From a virus (Duplodnaviria; Caudoviricetes), in the IMG/VR virus record IMGVR_UViG_3300025645_000102, positions 1 through 52,368 of that record: 52,368 bases of DNA; one strand, given 5' to 3'. Below, one piece after another: positions 8,560 through 17,965 of the stretch (its first letter is position 1; each line of letters opens with the position of its first letter). A model generated the notes under the pieces. That model was not told where the DNA came from and ran no database searches. It saw nothing but the letters and a program-made list of their open reading frames with translations. Position numbers and translations under genes: made by a program.

Positions 8560-9277
8560 AATTAGTTGGAACGAAGAAAACACCGCAAAATTAGTATCAC
8601 TAGCTGGAACAGGCGTAGTCTCTCAAGCAGACTTGGTAACTATTGCAGACGAAATGGGTACAAGCGCACGCTCAGTTGGAGCTAAACTACGTAAGCTAGA
8701 TTTCGAAGTAGATAAAGCAGCGGGTAAAGCACCAGCTTGGACACCAGAGCAAGAATCAGCTTTGGGTGACTTTGTTACTTCTAACGCCGGTCAGTATACT
8801 TATGTAGAAATCGCAGAATTGTTCCAAGAAGGCACATTCAACGCTAAGCAAGTACAGGGTAAGTTACTTAATATGGAATTGTTTGGTTCTGTACGTAAAG
8901 CAGAAAAGAAAGTAGCACCTCGTAAGTATTCTCCAGAAGAAGAAGCAGAATTAGTCTCTCTTATCTCTCAAGGTGCTACTATCGAAGCTATCGCTGAAGC
9001 TTTCAACAAACCTATCACTAGTATTCGTGGTAAAGCTCTTAGCCTTTTACGTGCTAAAGAGATTGACGCAATGCCTAAGCAAGCCAATAGCCAAGCTAAA
9101 GAGCCTGTAGATTTGTTGGTTGAAATTAATGTTGCAGAATCTACTGTAGATCAAATCGCAGAAGCTATTGGTAAAACTTCTCGTGGTGTTAAATCTATGT
9201 TAAGCCGCAGAGGTTTAAGTTGTGTAGACTATGACGGCGAAGGTCGTAGAGAAAAGCTAGATAACAAAGACGCGTAA
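8549..9277 (+). CDS. D5: T5 D5-like DNA-binding transcription regulator
   Basis: Repeated HTH units (WNEEN, WTPEQ, YSPEE); RGVKSMLSRRGL..DYDG; synteny. Confidence 0.85.
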   Translation: MTNKISWNEENTAKLVSLAGTGVVSQADLVTIADEMGTSARSVGAKLRKLDFEVDKAAGKAPAWTPEQESALGDFVTSNAGQYTYVEIAELFQEGTFNAKQVQGKLLNMELFGSVRKAEKKVAPRKYSPEEEAELVSLISQGATIEAIAEAFNKPITSIRGKALSLLRAKEIDAMPKQANSQAKEPVDLLVEINVAESTVDQIAEAIGKTSRGVKSMLSRRGLSCVDYDGEGRREKLDNKDA

Positions 9278-9293
9278 GCTAAAGTAAACTTCT

Positions 9294-9320
9294 AAGGGTG
9301 GCACTTCGCCGCCCTTTTTT
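9294..9320 (+). terminator. rho-independent terminator
   Basis: AAGGGTGGC-ACTTC-GCCGCCCTT followed by a T-run. Confidence 0.85.
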
Positions 9321-9343
9321 GTCTCTAAATTAAGGGGGTACTA

Positions 9344-9376
9344 ATGAATATATTTCACTCCCCGAGAGTGCTTTAG
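9344..9376 (+). other. 10-codon leader ORF (MNIFHSPRVL*) in frame with and abutting the D6 start
   Basis: AAGGGGG SD at 9332-9338, ATG 9344, TAG 9374-9376, then ATG 9377. Confidence 0.5.
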
Positions 9377-10762
9377 ATGAATATAGAAGGAGTAACGTTA
9401 TCCCTTCTATTACAAGAACAAGACAAAGACGTCGCATTAACTTACTTTTCAGAACTAAACCAAGACTACTTCAGCAGTTCTTTTAAAACAGTAGCTAAAA
9501 CTATAAAAGACTTTTATTTAGATAAAGGATTTGTTCCTAGCATTGGTGAACTAGAAGTATATAGAAGTCGTGATAAGAAGTTACTTTCTGCACTAGCATC
9601 TATAGCTCTGATAGACTGCGACAACATTGATATACAAGTAGCCATAGAAGAGCTAGCTAATCAATACGCACAAAACACTGCGTTAGATTTATTTGAGGGT
9701 CTACTAGAAAGTATTTCTAACATGGATCGTCATGAGCTTATTGAACAAATATCAGCTTTACCAATAAAAATGGAAGACAAAATTAGTTCTTCCGAAGTAG
9801 TTTATACTATTTCTGATTTGAAACTATTCTGTTCAGCAGAAGACGCTCAGTTAGACAGAATATACTCAGGTATTTGCGATGAATGGGATCATGAAGCAGG
9901 CGGCTATTATAGGCAAGACTTAGTTTTGTTAGGTGGTAAGCGAGGTAGCGGAAAGTCTATTACGTGTGCTAATTTAATTGCACAACAACACAAACAAAAA
10001 AATGTATCAGTATATTTTACCATAGAAGATGGAGCACACGCGACTATGGAAAGGATACTCTGTATATTGTCTCAAGTACCTTATGGGAACATAAAAAAGA
10101 AAACAACAACAGACGCAGAAAATAAATTATTAGCGCAAACATTAGCTTCTCTTTTCGATAATGGTGAAGCCTGTCTAACGGACTATTTAACTGTAGCCCC
10201 TAAACTAGACTTAGTAGAATTTCAGGACGTATTGTATAGAGAATGTAAAGAGAAAGAAGAAGGTCGTATAATAATAGTAGACGACAGACAACTTAGCGTA
10301 GGGTCTATAGATTCTAAAATTTCTAGTATTAAATCAAAATACGGAGATAAACTGGCTTTGGTTGTAGTAGATTATGTTAACCAGGTAATACTAGACGGTA
10401 ACACTGACATGTATGATTGGAAGCCTCAAATAGTTATATCAAAGACTCTGAAGACTTGTGCTAGAAAAAATAACATATGTATCGTCAGTCCATATCAAAT
10501 TGATGATACCGGAGTGGCTAGATTCGCTAAAGGTATACTAGATGCCGCAGACGTTGCTCAAATACTAGAAGTGGCTGATAAAGAATCAGGGCTGCTAGGT
10601 TTGAATACATCCAAAGCTAGGTCGGCTAACGATACTGGAAAATACTTGATGCATATGGATTGGAAGACTCTTACAATAGACCCTAGACCTGTGGTGCTCG
10701 ATGTAGAAGATGACGAAGACAGTGTGGGTTCCGGTAAACCTATTGAAGGATTGGAAATATGA
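9377..10762 (+). CDS. D6: DnaB-like replicative helicase
   Basis: Walker A GGKRGSGKS, VVVDYVN, SPYQ, RFAKGILDAAD, KAR. Confidence 0.88.
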   Translation: MNIEGVTLSLLLQEQDKDVALTYFSELNQDYFSSSFKTVAKTIKDFYLDKGFVPSIGELEVYRSRDKKLLSALASIALIDCDNIDIQVAIEELANQYAQNTALDLFEGLLESISNMDRHELIEQISALPIKMEDKISSSEVVYTISDLKLFCSAEDAQLDRIYSGICDEWDHEAGGYYRQDLVLLGGKRGSGKSITCANLIAQQHKQKNVSVYFTIEDGAHATMERILCILSQVPYGNIKKKTTTDAENKLLAQTLASLFDNGEACLTDYLTVAPKLDLVEFQDVLYRECKEKEEGRIIIVDDRQLSVGSIDSKISSIKSKYGDKLALVVVDYVNQVILDGNTDMYDWKPQIVISKTLKTCARKNNICIVSPYQIDDTGVARFAKGILDAADVAQILEVADKESGLLGLNTSKARSANDTGKYLMHMDWKTLTIDPRPVVLDVEDDEDSVGSGKPIEGLEI

Positions 10763-11631
10763 CAGAAGTAGAAAAATTATTAACTGAAAAAGAGGTAACG
10801 TTTTTCTCGAAAGGGAAAGACTTATTAGTTACATGCTTTAACACAGAGCATGACGACGAAAACCCCTCTATGAGAATAAGTAGAGAAACCGGAGCATATC
10901 ATTGCTTCGGTTGTGGTTATAAAGGAAATGTATTTACTAGGTTTAACCGATATAGAAATATATTTTCTGCTAGAATTACTGCAATAAAAGAATCTATTAC
11001 AGATCTACGGATGGCATCTTGGGCGGGGTTTACTCTACCTACAGATGCTTTTTTTATGTATGAACCTTACAGAGACATACCAGCAGATGTTATTAAAAAA
11101 TTCGAAGCATTTAAAACAGACAAAATAGGGATGGAAGGTAGGATAGTATTCCCTATAAAAGATAATAGAGAAGTTACCGTAGGTTTTCAAGGTAGATTTA
11201 TAAACTCTAAAATTAGCCCTAAATATTTAGCTTACCCTGCGGGAGTGTCTTTCCCCTGGTACCCTAGCCCACCTAGAATTACGCCACTCGGCAACTCCAT
11301 TGTGTTAGTAGAAGGATTAATGGACGCATTATTTTTACACGGAAAAGGTATAACAAATGCCGTCAGTATTTTTGGCACTAAAAGTGTTACATACGATACT
11401 ATACTAGAAAAAATAACCCCCTTCTTACTGATGGGAATAGATACAGTATACTTATTATTAGACGGGGACAACGCAGGTCGCAGTGCCTCCACTAACATTG
11501 CAAAAATGCTTAAACAACAAACAGATGTAATAGTTGAAGAGTTGCCTTTAGAAGATGGGGAAGACCCTGCGACACTAACCGATGAGCACTTAATTAGTAT
11601 AAGAAAGTATTTGACAAAAGATGGAATATAA
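10759..11631 (+). CDS. pri: DnaG-type DNA primase
   Basis: CHC2 zinc finger (C..EH.D..PS...HCFGC), TOPRIM LVEGLMD and DGDNAG. Confidence 0.92.
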   Translation: MTEVEKLLTEKEVTFFSKGKDLLVTCFNTEHDDENPSMRISRETGAYHCFGCGYKGNVFTRFNRYRNIFSARITAIKESITDLRMASWAGFTLPTDAFFMYEPYRDIPADVIKKFEAFKTDKIGMEGRIVFPIKDNREVTVGFQGRFINSKISPKYLAYPAGVSFPWYPSPPRITPLGNSIVLVEGLMDALFLHGKGITNAVSIFGTKSVTYDTILEKITPFLLMGIDTVYLLLDGDNAGRSASTNIAKMLKQQTDVIVEELPLEDGEDPATLTDEHLISIRKYLTKDGI

Positions 11632-11639
11632 AGTATAAT
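11611..11639 (+). promoter_or_regulatory. consensus sigma70 promoter for the polymerase
   Basis: TTGACA (11611-11616), 17 nt, TATAAT (11634-11639). Confidence 0.88.
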
Positions 11640-11670
11640 ACTGTTAACTAAGAAATAAGGAAAAGATTAA

Positions 11671-14049
11671 ATGATAAAAATAGCAGTTGTACAGAAATGT
11701 CCGTCTAACGTTAATTACGAAAAGATGTATCAACTAGGTAGTGTCGATGTTATTAATCTATGTAGCACAAAGCAGTCTAAAGTACTTGTGCGCGACGTAG
11801 ATTTAAATATACAATCACTAGCAGAACACGAAGCTAACCCATCTGGATTTTGTCCAGAGGCTTACGATTGGGTAATTTTGGTAGGCTCGGAAGCATTGAA
11901 AATGTTTACCAAAGCCACAGCAGTTACTGATTATTCGGGCAAAATAGCCCCAGGCAAGAAAGGAGAAACTAATTTCATAGCTTCTATCAGCCCTGCTGCT
12001 TTAGCTTTTAAACCAGAAACAAAACCAGTGTTTGATGCTACAGTATTAAACATTCACGCTATTGTGTCCGGTACTAACCAGCGAGCGTTTGAAGGAACCT
12101 ATGAGTTCTACCAAGAAACTTCTGGATTTAAAACTTATTTACAAAAGCTAGTAGATGGAAACTATCCTGTTATAGCTTTAGATACAGAAACCTCTGCTCT
12201 TTCTTGCAGGGACGGATATTTGCTTGGGATTTCTTTGTCTCATAAAATAGACCAAGGCGTATACGCACACGCAGATTGTGTAGACGAAGAATGTATCGCA
12301 TTAATGCAAAACCTATTAGATACTAGAGCAGTAGTATTGCATAACGCCAAGTTTGATATGCACTTTCTAACCTATCACCTCAACCTCAACTTTATTGGTA
12401 GAAACATACAAGATACAATGATTATGCACTACTTGTTAGATGAAAGACAGGGTACTCACGGGTTGAAGTCTTTAACTATGAAATATGGTACTCTTGGAGA
12501 TTACGATAGAGAACTAGATGAGTATAGACGTGCATATTGTACTGAACATAGCATAGGTTTGGCAGATTTTTCTTATGATTTGTTTCCTTGGGATGTTATC
12601 AAAATATATGCTGCCAAAGATACTGATGCTACTATGGCTATATACAATAAGTTTCAGCCAGTACTTGAGAGCAATCCCCGTTTATTTAATTGCTACAATA
12701 CCTTAATGCTTCCAGCGCTACATTTTTTAACTAAAATGGAAAACAGAGGTATACCAATTTCTAAATCTAGGCTAGTGCTTGGAAAGAAGTTATTAACGGA
12801 TGAGTTAGATATACTTGAGAAAGAACTATACTCATATCCAGAAGTGCATGCCTTAGAAAGTATGCAGGGTGATGTGTTCCTTCCAGGTTCTGTTAAACAG
12901 TTGCGTATTTTATTGTTTGATTTATTAAGTTTAAAACCGACAGGTAAATTGACAAAGACTGGTGCTATTTCTACAGACTCAGAAGTTCTAAAAGAATTGT
13001 CAGAGCAACATAAGTTACCGGGACTAATACTAGAAGTACGACAGAAAACCAAACTGAAAAACACATACATTGATAAGTTGCTTCCAGTTATAGACAAAGA
13101 CTCTAGAGTCAGGACAGGCTTCAACCTTACTAGCACAACTTCTGGTCGATTGAGTTCTTCTGGTAAATTTAATATGCAGCAACTACCCAGAGACAATCCA
13201 ATTATTAAAGGTTGTGTCAAAGCACCAGAAGGCTACAAGATAGTAGCAGTGGATCTAAGTACTGCAGAAGTATATTACGCTGCTGTATTATCCAATGATA
13301 CTAATATGAAACAAATCTTTATTGACATGAAACGTGATCCTAAGAAATATCCTGACTTTCACTCTAGTGTTGCACACATGGTATTCAACCTTAAATGTAC
13401 TCCTGCAGAAGTTAAAAAGCTATACCCAGCTCTTAGACAGGCAGCAAAAGCTATCACATTCGGTATTTTATACGGTAGTGGCCCAGCCAAGGTAGCAGAA
13501 TCAGTCAACCTAGCATTTGCGGAGGAAGGGCAAGCACAAACCTGTACTTTGGATGATGCAAAAGAATATATTGCGGATTACTTTACTAAATTTGCGAAGC
13601 TTAAACGTTGGATTGATTCTACTCATAGAGAAATTAAATCTAAAGGTTACGTTTACAACTTCTTTGGCAGAAAGAGAAGATTACATAACGTCAATTCTAT
13701 TGACAAAGGAGTAGCAGCCGGTGAGGTGCGTTCTGGCTTTAATGCTGTGATACAATCTGTAAGTTCTGACCATTTATTACTAGGTGCTGTTGGTGCTGAT
13801 GAAGAGATTTTGCGTATAGGTATGGATGCTCAGATATTTGCCTTAGTACATGACTCCGTTGTAGCAGTAGTTAAAGAGGAAGAAGTTGAAAGTTATATAA
13901 AACTAATAACTAGATTTATTCAGATAGACAGAGGTTGTTCTATTAGTGATTGTCCAGTAGGAGTAGAGGAAGATTCCGAACCAGGCGGCTCTGAAGATTA
14001 TTCTTGTGGTAAGTTAGTTAAAATGTTCCCAGAACTAGCTGCCGCATGA
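11671..14049 (+). CDS. pol: family A DNA polymerase with 3'-5' exonuclease
   Basis: Exo motifs DTET, HNAKFD, YAAKD; SGRLSS, NMQQLP; motif A DLSTAE, motif B RQAAKAITFGILYG, motif C VHDS. Confidence 0.96.
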   Translation: MIKIAVVQKCPSNVNYEKMYQLGSVDVINLCSTKQSKVLVRDVDLNIQSLAEHEANPSGFCPEAYDWVILVGSEALKMFTKATAVTDYSGKIAPGKKGETNFIASISPAALAFKPETKPVFDATVLNIHAIVSGTNQRAFEGTYEFYQETSGFKTYLQKLVDGNYPVIALDTETSALSCRDGYLLGISLSHKIDQGVYAHADCVDEECIALMQNLLDTRAVVLHNAKFDMHFLTYHLNLNFIGRNIQDTMIMHYLLDERQGTHGLKSLTMKYGTLGDYDRELDEYRRAYCTEHSIGLADFSYDLFPWDVIKIYAAKDTDATMAIYNKFQPVLESNPRLFNCYNTLMLPALHFLTKMENRGIPISKSRLVLGKKLLTDELDILEKELYSYPEVHALESMQGDVFLPGSVKQLRILLFDLLSLKPTGKLTKTGAISTDSEVLKELSEQHKLPGLILEVRQKTKLKNTYIDKLLPVIDKDSRVRTGFNLTSTTSGRLSSSGKFNMQQLPRDNPIIKGCVKAPEGYKIVAVDLSTAEVYYAAVLSNDTNMKQIFIDMKRDPKKYPDFHSSVAHMVFNLKCTPAEVKKLYPALRQAAKAITFGILYGSGPAKVAESVNLAFAEEGQAQTCTLDDAKEYIADYFTKFAKLKRWIDSTHREIKSKGYVYNFFGRKRRLHNVNSIDKGVAAGEVRSGFNAVIQSVSSDHLLLGAVGADEEILRIGMDAQIFALVHDSVVAVVKEEEVESYIKLITRFIQIDRGCSISDCPVGVEEDSEPGGSEDYSCGKLVKMFPELAAA

Positions 14050-14537
14050 TACACTTCCCAGTGTACGCTTTAAGACCTTACCATTTATTGTTTGAAGAAA
14101 ATGAGTACAAAGTAGTACAAACTGCCAAGAGTAGGTTTATATTAGATTTTGTAGACAAAGAGCTAGTGCAATCCTCCTACAGTAAAAGGAGGATTTTGCT
14201 TCTAGGACTAGATCTACCATACAAATTATATCCATTGAATAAAAAAATAGATACACTATCTGGTATTGTATCTAATAAGTACCGTAACTTTATTGATGCT
14301 AAAGGTAACCTGATACGCTGGAAACCAACAAAATTTCATAAAATAATATGTAAACTTATAACGTACAGAGAAATAACATCAGACGGCAACATGCTGTTAA
14401 AAGTACAGGGATACGAAACAGTATTTAAGTCTTACCCAACCGAAGCTTCATACGCTAGAGTGGTACGATTTAAAAATGTAGACATAATTTATGATTTTAC
14501 AGATACTAAAGTACCAAATACTAGGAGAAAACTATGA
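14046..14537 (+). CDS. hypothetical protein in the T5-like pol-D10 interval
   Basis: ATGA overlaps at both ends; synteny. Confidence 0.75.
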   Translation: MIHFPVYALRPYHLLFEENEYKVVQTAKSRFILDFVDKELVQSSYSKRRILLLGLDLPYKLYPLNKKIDTLSGIVSNKYRNFIDAKGNLIRWKPTKFHKIICKLITYREITSDGNMLLKVQGYETVFKSYPTEASYARVVRFKNVDIIYDFTDTKVPNTRRKL

Positions 14538-15841
14538 AAAACAAAGCCGTAGTATCAAATAGAATATATTTGAATTGCGAGCTAAAGTCGGAGCTACGTA
14601 CCGTACTAAATGATAATTTAGTATATAAACTAAGTCAGATGCCTGTATCTCCGTACCCTTTAGTTATAAATAATATTATTAAAGTAACTGATTCAATTGT
14701 ATCCATACCCTCGGGTAGGCTAGATCTAATACCGGAAGACTATGAAATAGTAGACAAACGAGCAAAGACTCCTGCCAGTATACCCAAGCCTTCATTCGAG
14801 CCTAGAGAAGATCAACAGGCTGCAATTGATTTTATAGAAACTTCTGGATTAGTTAATGCTAAACCTGGTTGGGGTAAAACTATAGCGGGTTTGGGCATAG
14901 CGCACAAGTTCCAGCAAAAAACACTTATAATAACCACAACCACTATCATAAGAGATATGTGGATAAAAGAAGTAGAGAAGTGGTTTGGGATTAAGTGTGG
15001 GGTTATTGGTGGTGGTAAACTGAATTTTGATGCGCCCATAACAGTTGGAAACATACAGACCGTCAGGAAAAAAGCGACCGAGCTAGCCAATGAGTTTGGT
15101 TTAGTTATTGTAGATGAAGTACATCGTTGTCCTGCTAAAACGTTCACAGATACTATAGACGCATTCAGAGCAGAGCACAAAGTTGGCTTATCTGGCACAT
15201 TATTAAGAAAGGATGGGTTGCACTGTGTTCTTCCAGATTACTTTAGTACTAACGTGTTTATAGGTAAAGATGAAAACAGAATGAGTCCTGCGATACACCT
15301 ATGGGAAAGTGCTTCTAGCATTAGCTCAAACGAATTTATTCCCTGGGCTAATCAAATAAATAAGCTGTATTCTACACATTCCTATAAAACTGAGATATTA
15401 AACTTAGCAAACCTATACATGGATGCTGGGCACAAAATACTAGTATTATTCGATAGAACTTTTATACTAGAAGAGCTACACAAGCTTACCGAAGATAGGA
15501 CACTGCTTATTACGGGAAGTATTGGAGATAGAGATAAAATACTAGACGAGATAGGTAAGAAAGACTCTATTGCTAAAGGGCTCTGGGGCACTCAATCTAT
15601 ATTTTCAGAAGGTTTTTCGGTTAGTGAATTATCTTGTGTAATACTAGCAACCCCTATAAGTAATGACCCTTTACTGGAGCAGATAATAGGTAGGATACAG
15701 AGACAGGCTGAGGGCAAGAAAACTCCGATAGTAGTTGATATAGGGTTGGACGGTAGCACTGGCAATAGACAAAAGAATACCAGAAAAAGATTCTACATTA
15801 ATAAGGGCTGGGAAATAAAGAGTATGGGAAGCATCAAATAA
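14534..15841 (+). CDS. D10: SF2 (UvsW-like) helicase
   Basis: AKPGWGKT, VDEVH, LSGT, SEG, QIIGRIQR. Confidence 0.9.
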   Translation: MKNKAVVSNRIYLNCELKSELRTVLNDNLVYKLSQMPVSPYPLVINNIIKVTDSIVSIPSGRLDLIPEDYEIVDKRAKTPASIPKPSFEPREDQQAAIDFIETSGLVNAKPGWGKTIAGLGIAHKFQQKTLIITTTTIIRDMWIKEVEKWFGIKCGVIGGGKLNFDAPITVGNIQTVRKKATELANEFGLVIVDEVHRCPAKTFTDTIDAFRAEHKVGLSGTLLRKDGLHCVLPDYFSTNVFIGKDENRMSPAIHLWESASSISSNEFIPWANQINKLYSTHSYKTEILNLANLYMDAGHKILVLFDRTFILEELHKLTEDRTLLITGSIGDRDKILDEIGKKDSIAKGLWGTQSIFSEGFSVSELSCVILATPISNDPLLEQIIGRIQRQAEGKKTPIVVDIGLDGSTGNRQKNTRKRFYINKGWEIKSMGSIK

Positions 15842-15854
15842 ATTAAAAAATACT

Positions 15855-15883
15855 TTGACAAAAAGCTATAATTTTTATATACT
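15855..15883 (+). promoter_or_regulatory. sigma70 promoter, first of a tandem pair
   Basis: TTGACA (15855-15860), 17 nt, TATACT (15878-15883). Confidence 0.8.
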
Positions 15884-15935
15884 ACATAAATCGAGAAACA
15901 GGAAAACAAGTAAGATAAATAATTTAAAGTTTGTT

Positions 15936-15964
15936 TTGACAAAAACGTAAAATTCTTGTATAAT
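15936..15964 (+). promoter_or_regulatory. consensus sigma70 promoter, second of a tandem pair
   Basis: TTGACA (15936-15941), 17 nt, TATAAT (15959-15964). Confidence 0.88.
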
Positions 15965-15989
15965 AGTTAAATCGAGGAAAAGCAACTAA

Positions 15990-16313
15990 GTGAAACGTTT
16001 TGATTATGAAAAAATATTCATACTAGCACACGGCAGACCTGCTCAGATGCTAGACTATTATAAAGAATGGAGTACAGGACCGAATTTTATAGTTAACCCA
16101 AAAGCTATAGTGGCAAGCTTTTGGCTTACAGACAGGCAGAAAGCAGAATACTTAGGTATCTGTGCCTTACGTAGCTATGAAGATTATAAGTTTCAAGGAA
16201 TAACAGACCTAAGCCTAGGCAGTCTACCCAGTTGGGTTCCCTTAACTATAGTCAAAGAAAATCCACTAATTCAAATAACCGATACACAAATAATATTTCT
16301 AAAGGAAAAATAA
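15990..16313 (+). CDS. hypothetical protein upstream of D11
   Basis: GTG start; FDYEKI...AEYLGICALR pattern recalled from T5-like phages; synteny. Confidence 0.7.
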   Translation: MKRFDYEKIFILAHGRPAQMLDYYKEWSTGPNFIVNPKAIVASFWLTDRQKAEYLGICALRSYEDYKFQGITDLSLGSLPSWVPLTIVKENPLIQITDTQIIFLKEK

Positions 16314-16315
16314 AA

Positions 16316-16987
16316 ATGGCTATACAGTTCAATAAATTAAACGGCGGCGCTAAAAAATCAAACATCAAATATATGAAGCTAGTAGACGGTGCGAATACTT
16401 TCCGTATCTTACCTGACTCTATAATTTGTATGTATACATATTGGGTTAAAGGAGCTGAGGGTAAAGACTTGCCTTTTGAAGCTTTACAATTCGATAGAAA
16501 TACAGAAAAGTTTGTTAACACTAGACCCTGCCCTATCTCAGATATGAAATTATCAGACGCAAAGGGTGAGCCTCTTAGATGTCAGTGGTCTTACAAATGC
16601 CGTGTCATCAATGCCGCTACGGGAGCTGTAGAAATATTACAACTTAAAAAGGGTATTCTTACAGATATTATTTCAGTAGCACAACAGCTAGAAGTAGATC
16701 CTACAGATCTAGATACTGGTATGTGGCTTACTGTTACTAGAGCCAAGACTGGCCCTCTAGCATATAATGTAGAATACTCCCTGCAACAGTTAAAGTGTAA
16801 GTCATCTCCTCTAGAAGATGAGCACTTAGCTAAGTTAGCAGAGCTTAAGTCAATGGAAGAGTTGTTTCCAGTAGAAACTTACGCTGCACTATCTGCTAGA
16901 TTGACTAAACATGTCAATGGTGAAGTAGATGCTGAAGAAAGTGAAGGTTCTGCTTCTCAAGATGAAGCAATGAACGAATTAAGTTAA
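16316..16987 (+). CDS. D11: single-stranded DNA-binding protein
   Basis: KTGPLAYNVEY motif; acidic C-terminal tail; AAGGA SD before ATG 16316. Confidence 0.82.
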   Translation: MAIQFNKLNGGAKKSNIKYMKLVDGANTFRILPDSIICMYTYWVKGAEGKDLPFEALQFDRNTEKFVNTRPCPISDMKLSDAKGEPLRCQWSYKCRVINAATGAVEILQLKKGILTDIISVAQQLEVDPTDLDTGMWLTVTRAKTGPLAYNVEYSLQQLKCKSSPLEDEHLAKLAELKSMEELFPVETYAALSARLTKHVNGEVDAEESEGSASQDEAMNELS

Positions 16988-16990
16988 ATA

Positions 16991-17020
16991 AAAGGCGGCT
17001 ATTATGCCGCCTTTACTTTT
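16991..17020 (+). terminator. rho-independent terminator
   Basis: AAAGGCGGC-TATTAT-GCCGCCTTT then ACTTTT. Confidence 0.8.
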
Positions 17021-17029
17021 AGGTATTAA

Positions 17030-17965
17030 ATGAAAATTATATTTATAGCAGATATTCACATTAAACTAGGGCAAAAAAATGTACCTAGAGATTGGCAGTA
17101 TAATAGAACTGTACAACTAGCTGAAAGCATCAATAAGGTTGAGGGTGCTGATTACGTTGTAATAGGTGGAGACCTACTGGACGTAGCTAAACCTTCTATA
17201 GAAGAGGTTGGTTTAATGTATGACTTCTTAGAGGCAATAGATCTTGGGGGGTATATTATACCAGGCAACCACGAGATGGTTACTAAGACTAAAGATTGTT
17301 TTTCTTATGTAACAAATATGCTTAACTCTGTTGGGTTTTCTGTTGTAAGAGAGTTTGATACTATTGACGGTGTAGATTATATACCCTACAATATTCTAAA
17401 AGACACTTGGCCTAAAACTAACAGCAAGATAGCAGTTACCCACGTGAGGGGAGAAATTCCTCCACACGTAGAACCTGAGATAGATTTATCTAAGTACGAA
17501 AGTTATGAGTGTGTTTTTGCGGGTGATTTACATTCATACAAAAATTCACAACTAAACCTGCTATATCCGGGTAGTCCTTTTACGACTTCTTTCCATAGGA
17601 ATAAAACTACAGGTTCAAATGGCTACTTTGTTATTGATACTAATACAGGATGCTATGATTGGGTGGAACTAGATCTCCCTCAGCTTATTCGAACGACTGT
17701 AACTAGTGAAAAAGAGATAGTACCTACAGAAGTTGATCACACAATCTATGAGATTGAAGGTAACTTAGAAGAATTAGCGGGAATCAAAGGTACTGAGTTA
17801 TTAAGTAAGAAAATTACGAAGAATATTAGTAGTCCTAGCACATTAGCTATGTCCGGAAATATCGTACAAGAACTATCAGTTTACCTAGAGCAGATTAAGA
17901 AGATAGATACAGCTAGTATCCCAGAATATATAGATTTATTTAAAAAGGTAGTATTGCATGATTAG
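17030..17965 (+). CDS. D12: SbcD/Mre11-like nuclease subunit
   Basis: Metallophosphoesterase motifs ADIH, GGDLLD, GNHE, THV, GDLH, YPGSP. Confidence 0.92.
   Translation: MKIIFIADIHIKLGQKNVPRDWQYNRTVQLAESINKVEGADYVVIGGDLLDVAKPSIEEVGLMYDFLEAIDLGGYIIPGNHEMVTKTKDCFSYVTNMLNSVGFSVVREFDTIDGVDYIPYNILKDTWPKTNSKIAVTHVRGEIPPHVEPEIDLSKYESYECVFAGDLHSYKNSQLNLLYPGSPFTTSFHRNKTTGSNGYFVIDTNTGCYDWVELDLPQLIRTTVTSEKEIVPTEVDHTIYEIEGNLEELAGIKGTELLSKKITKNISSPSTLAMSGNIVQELSVYLEQIKKIDTASIPEYIDLFKKVVLHD

Noticed and set aside
9377-15841. Inteins or introns in helicases, primase or polymerase
   Set aside because: Sizes are normal, motifs are contiguous, and no intein splice motifs were seen
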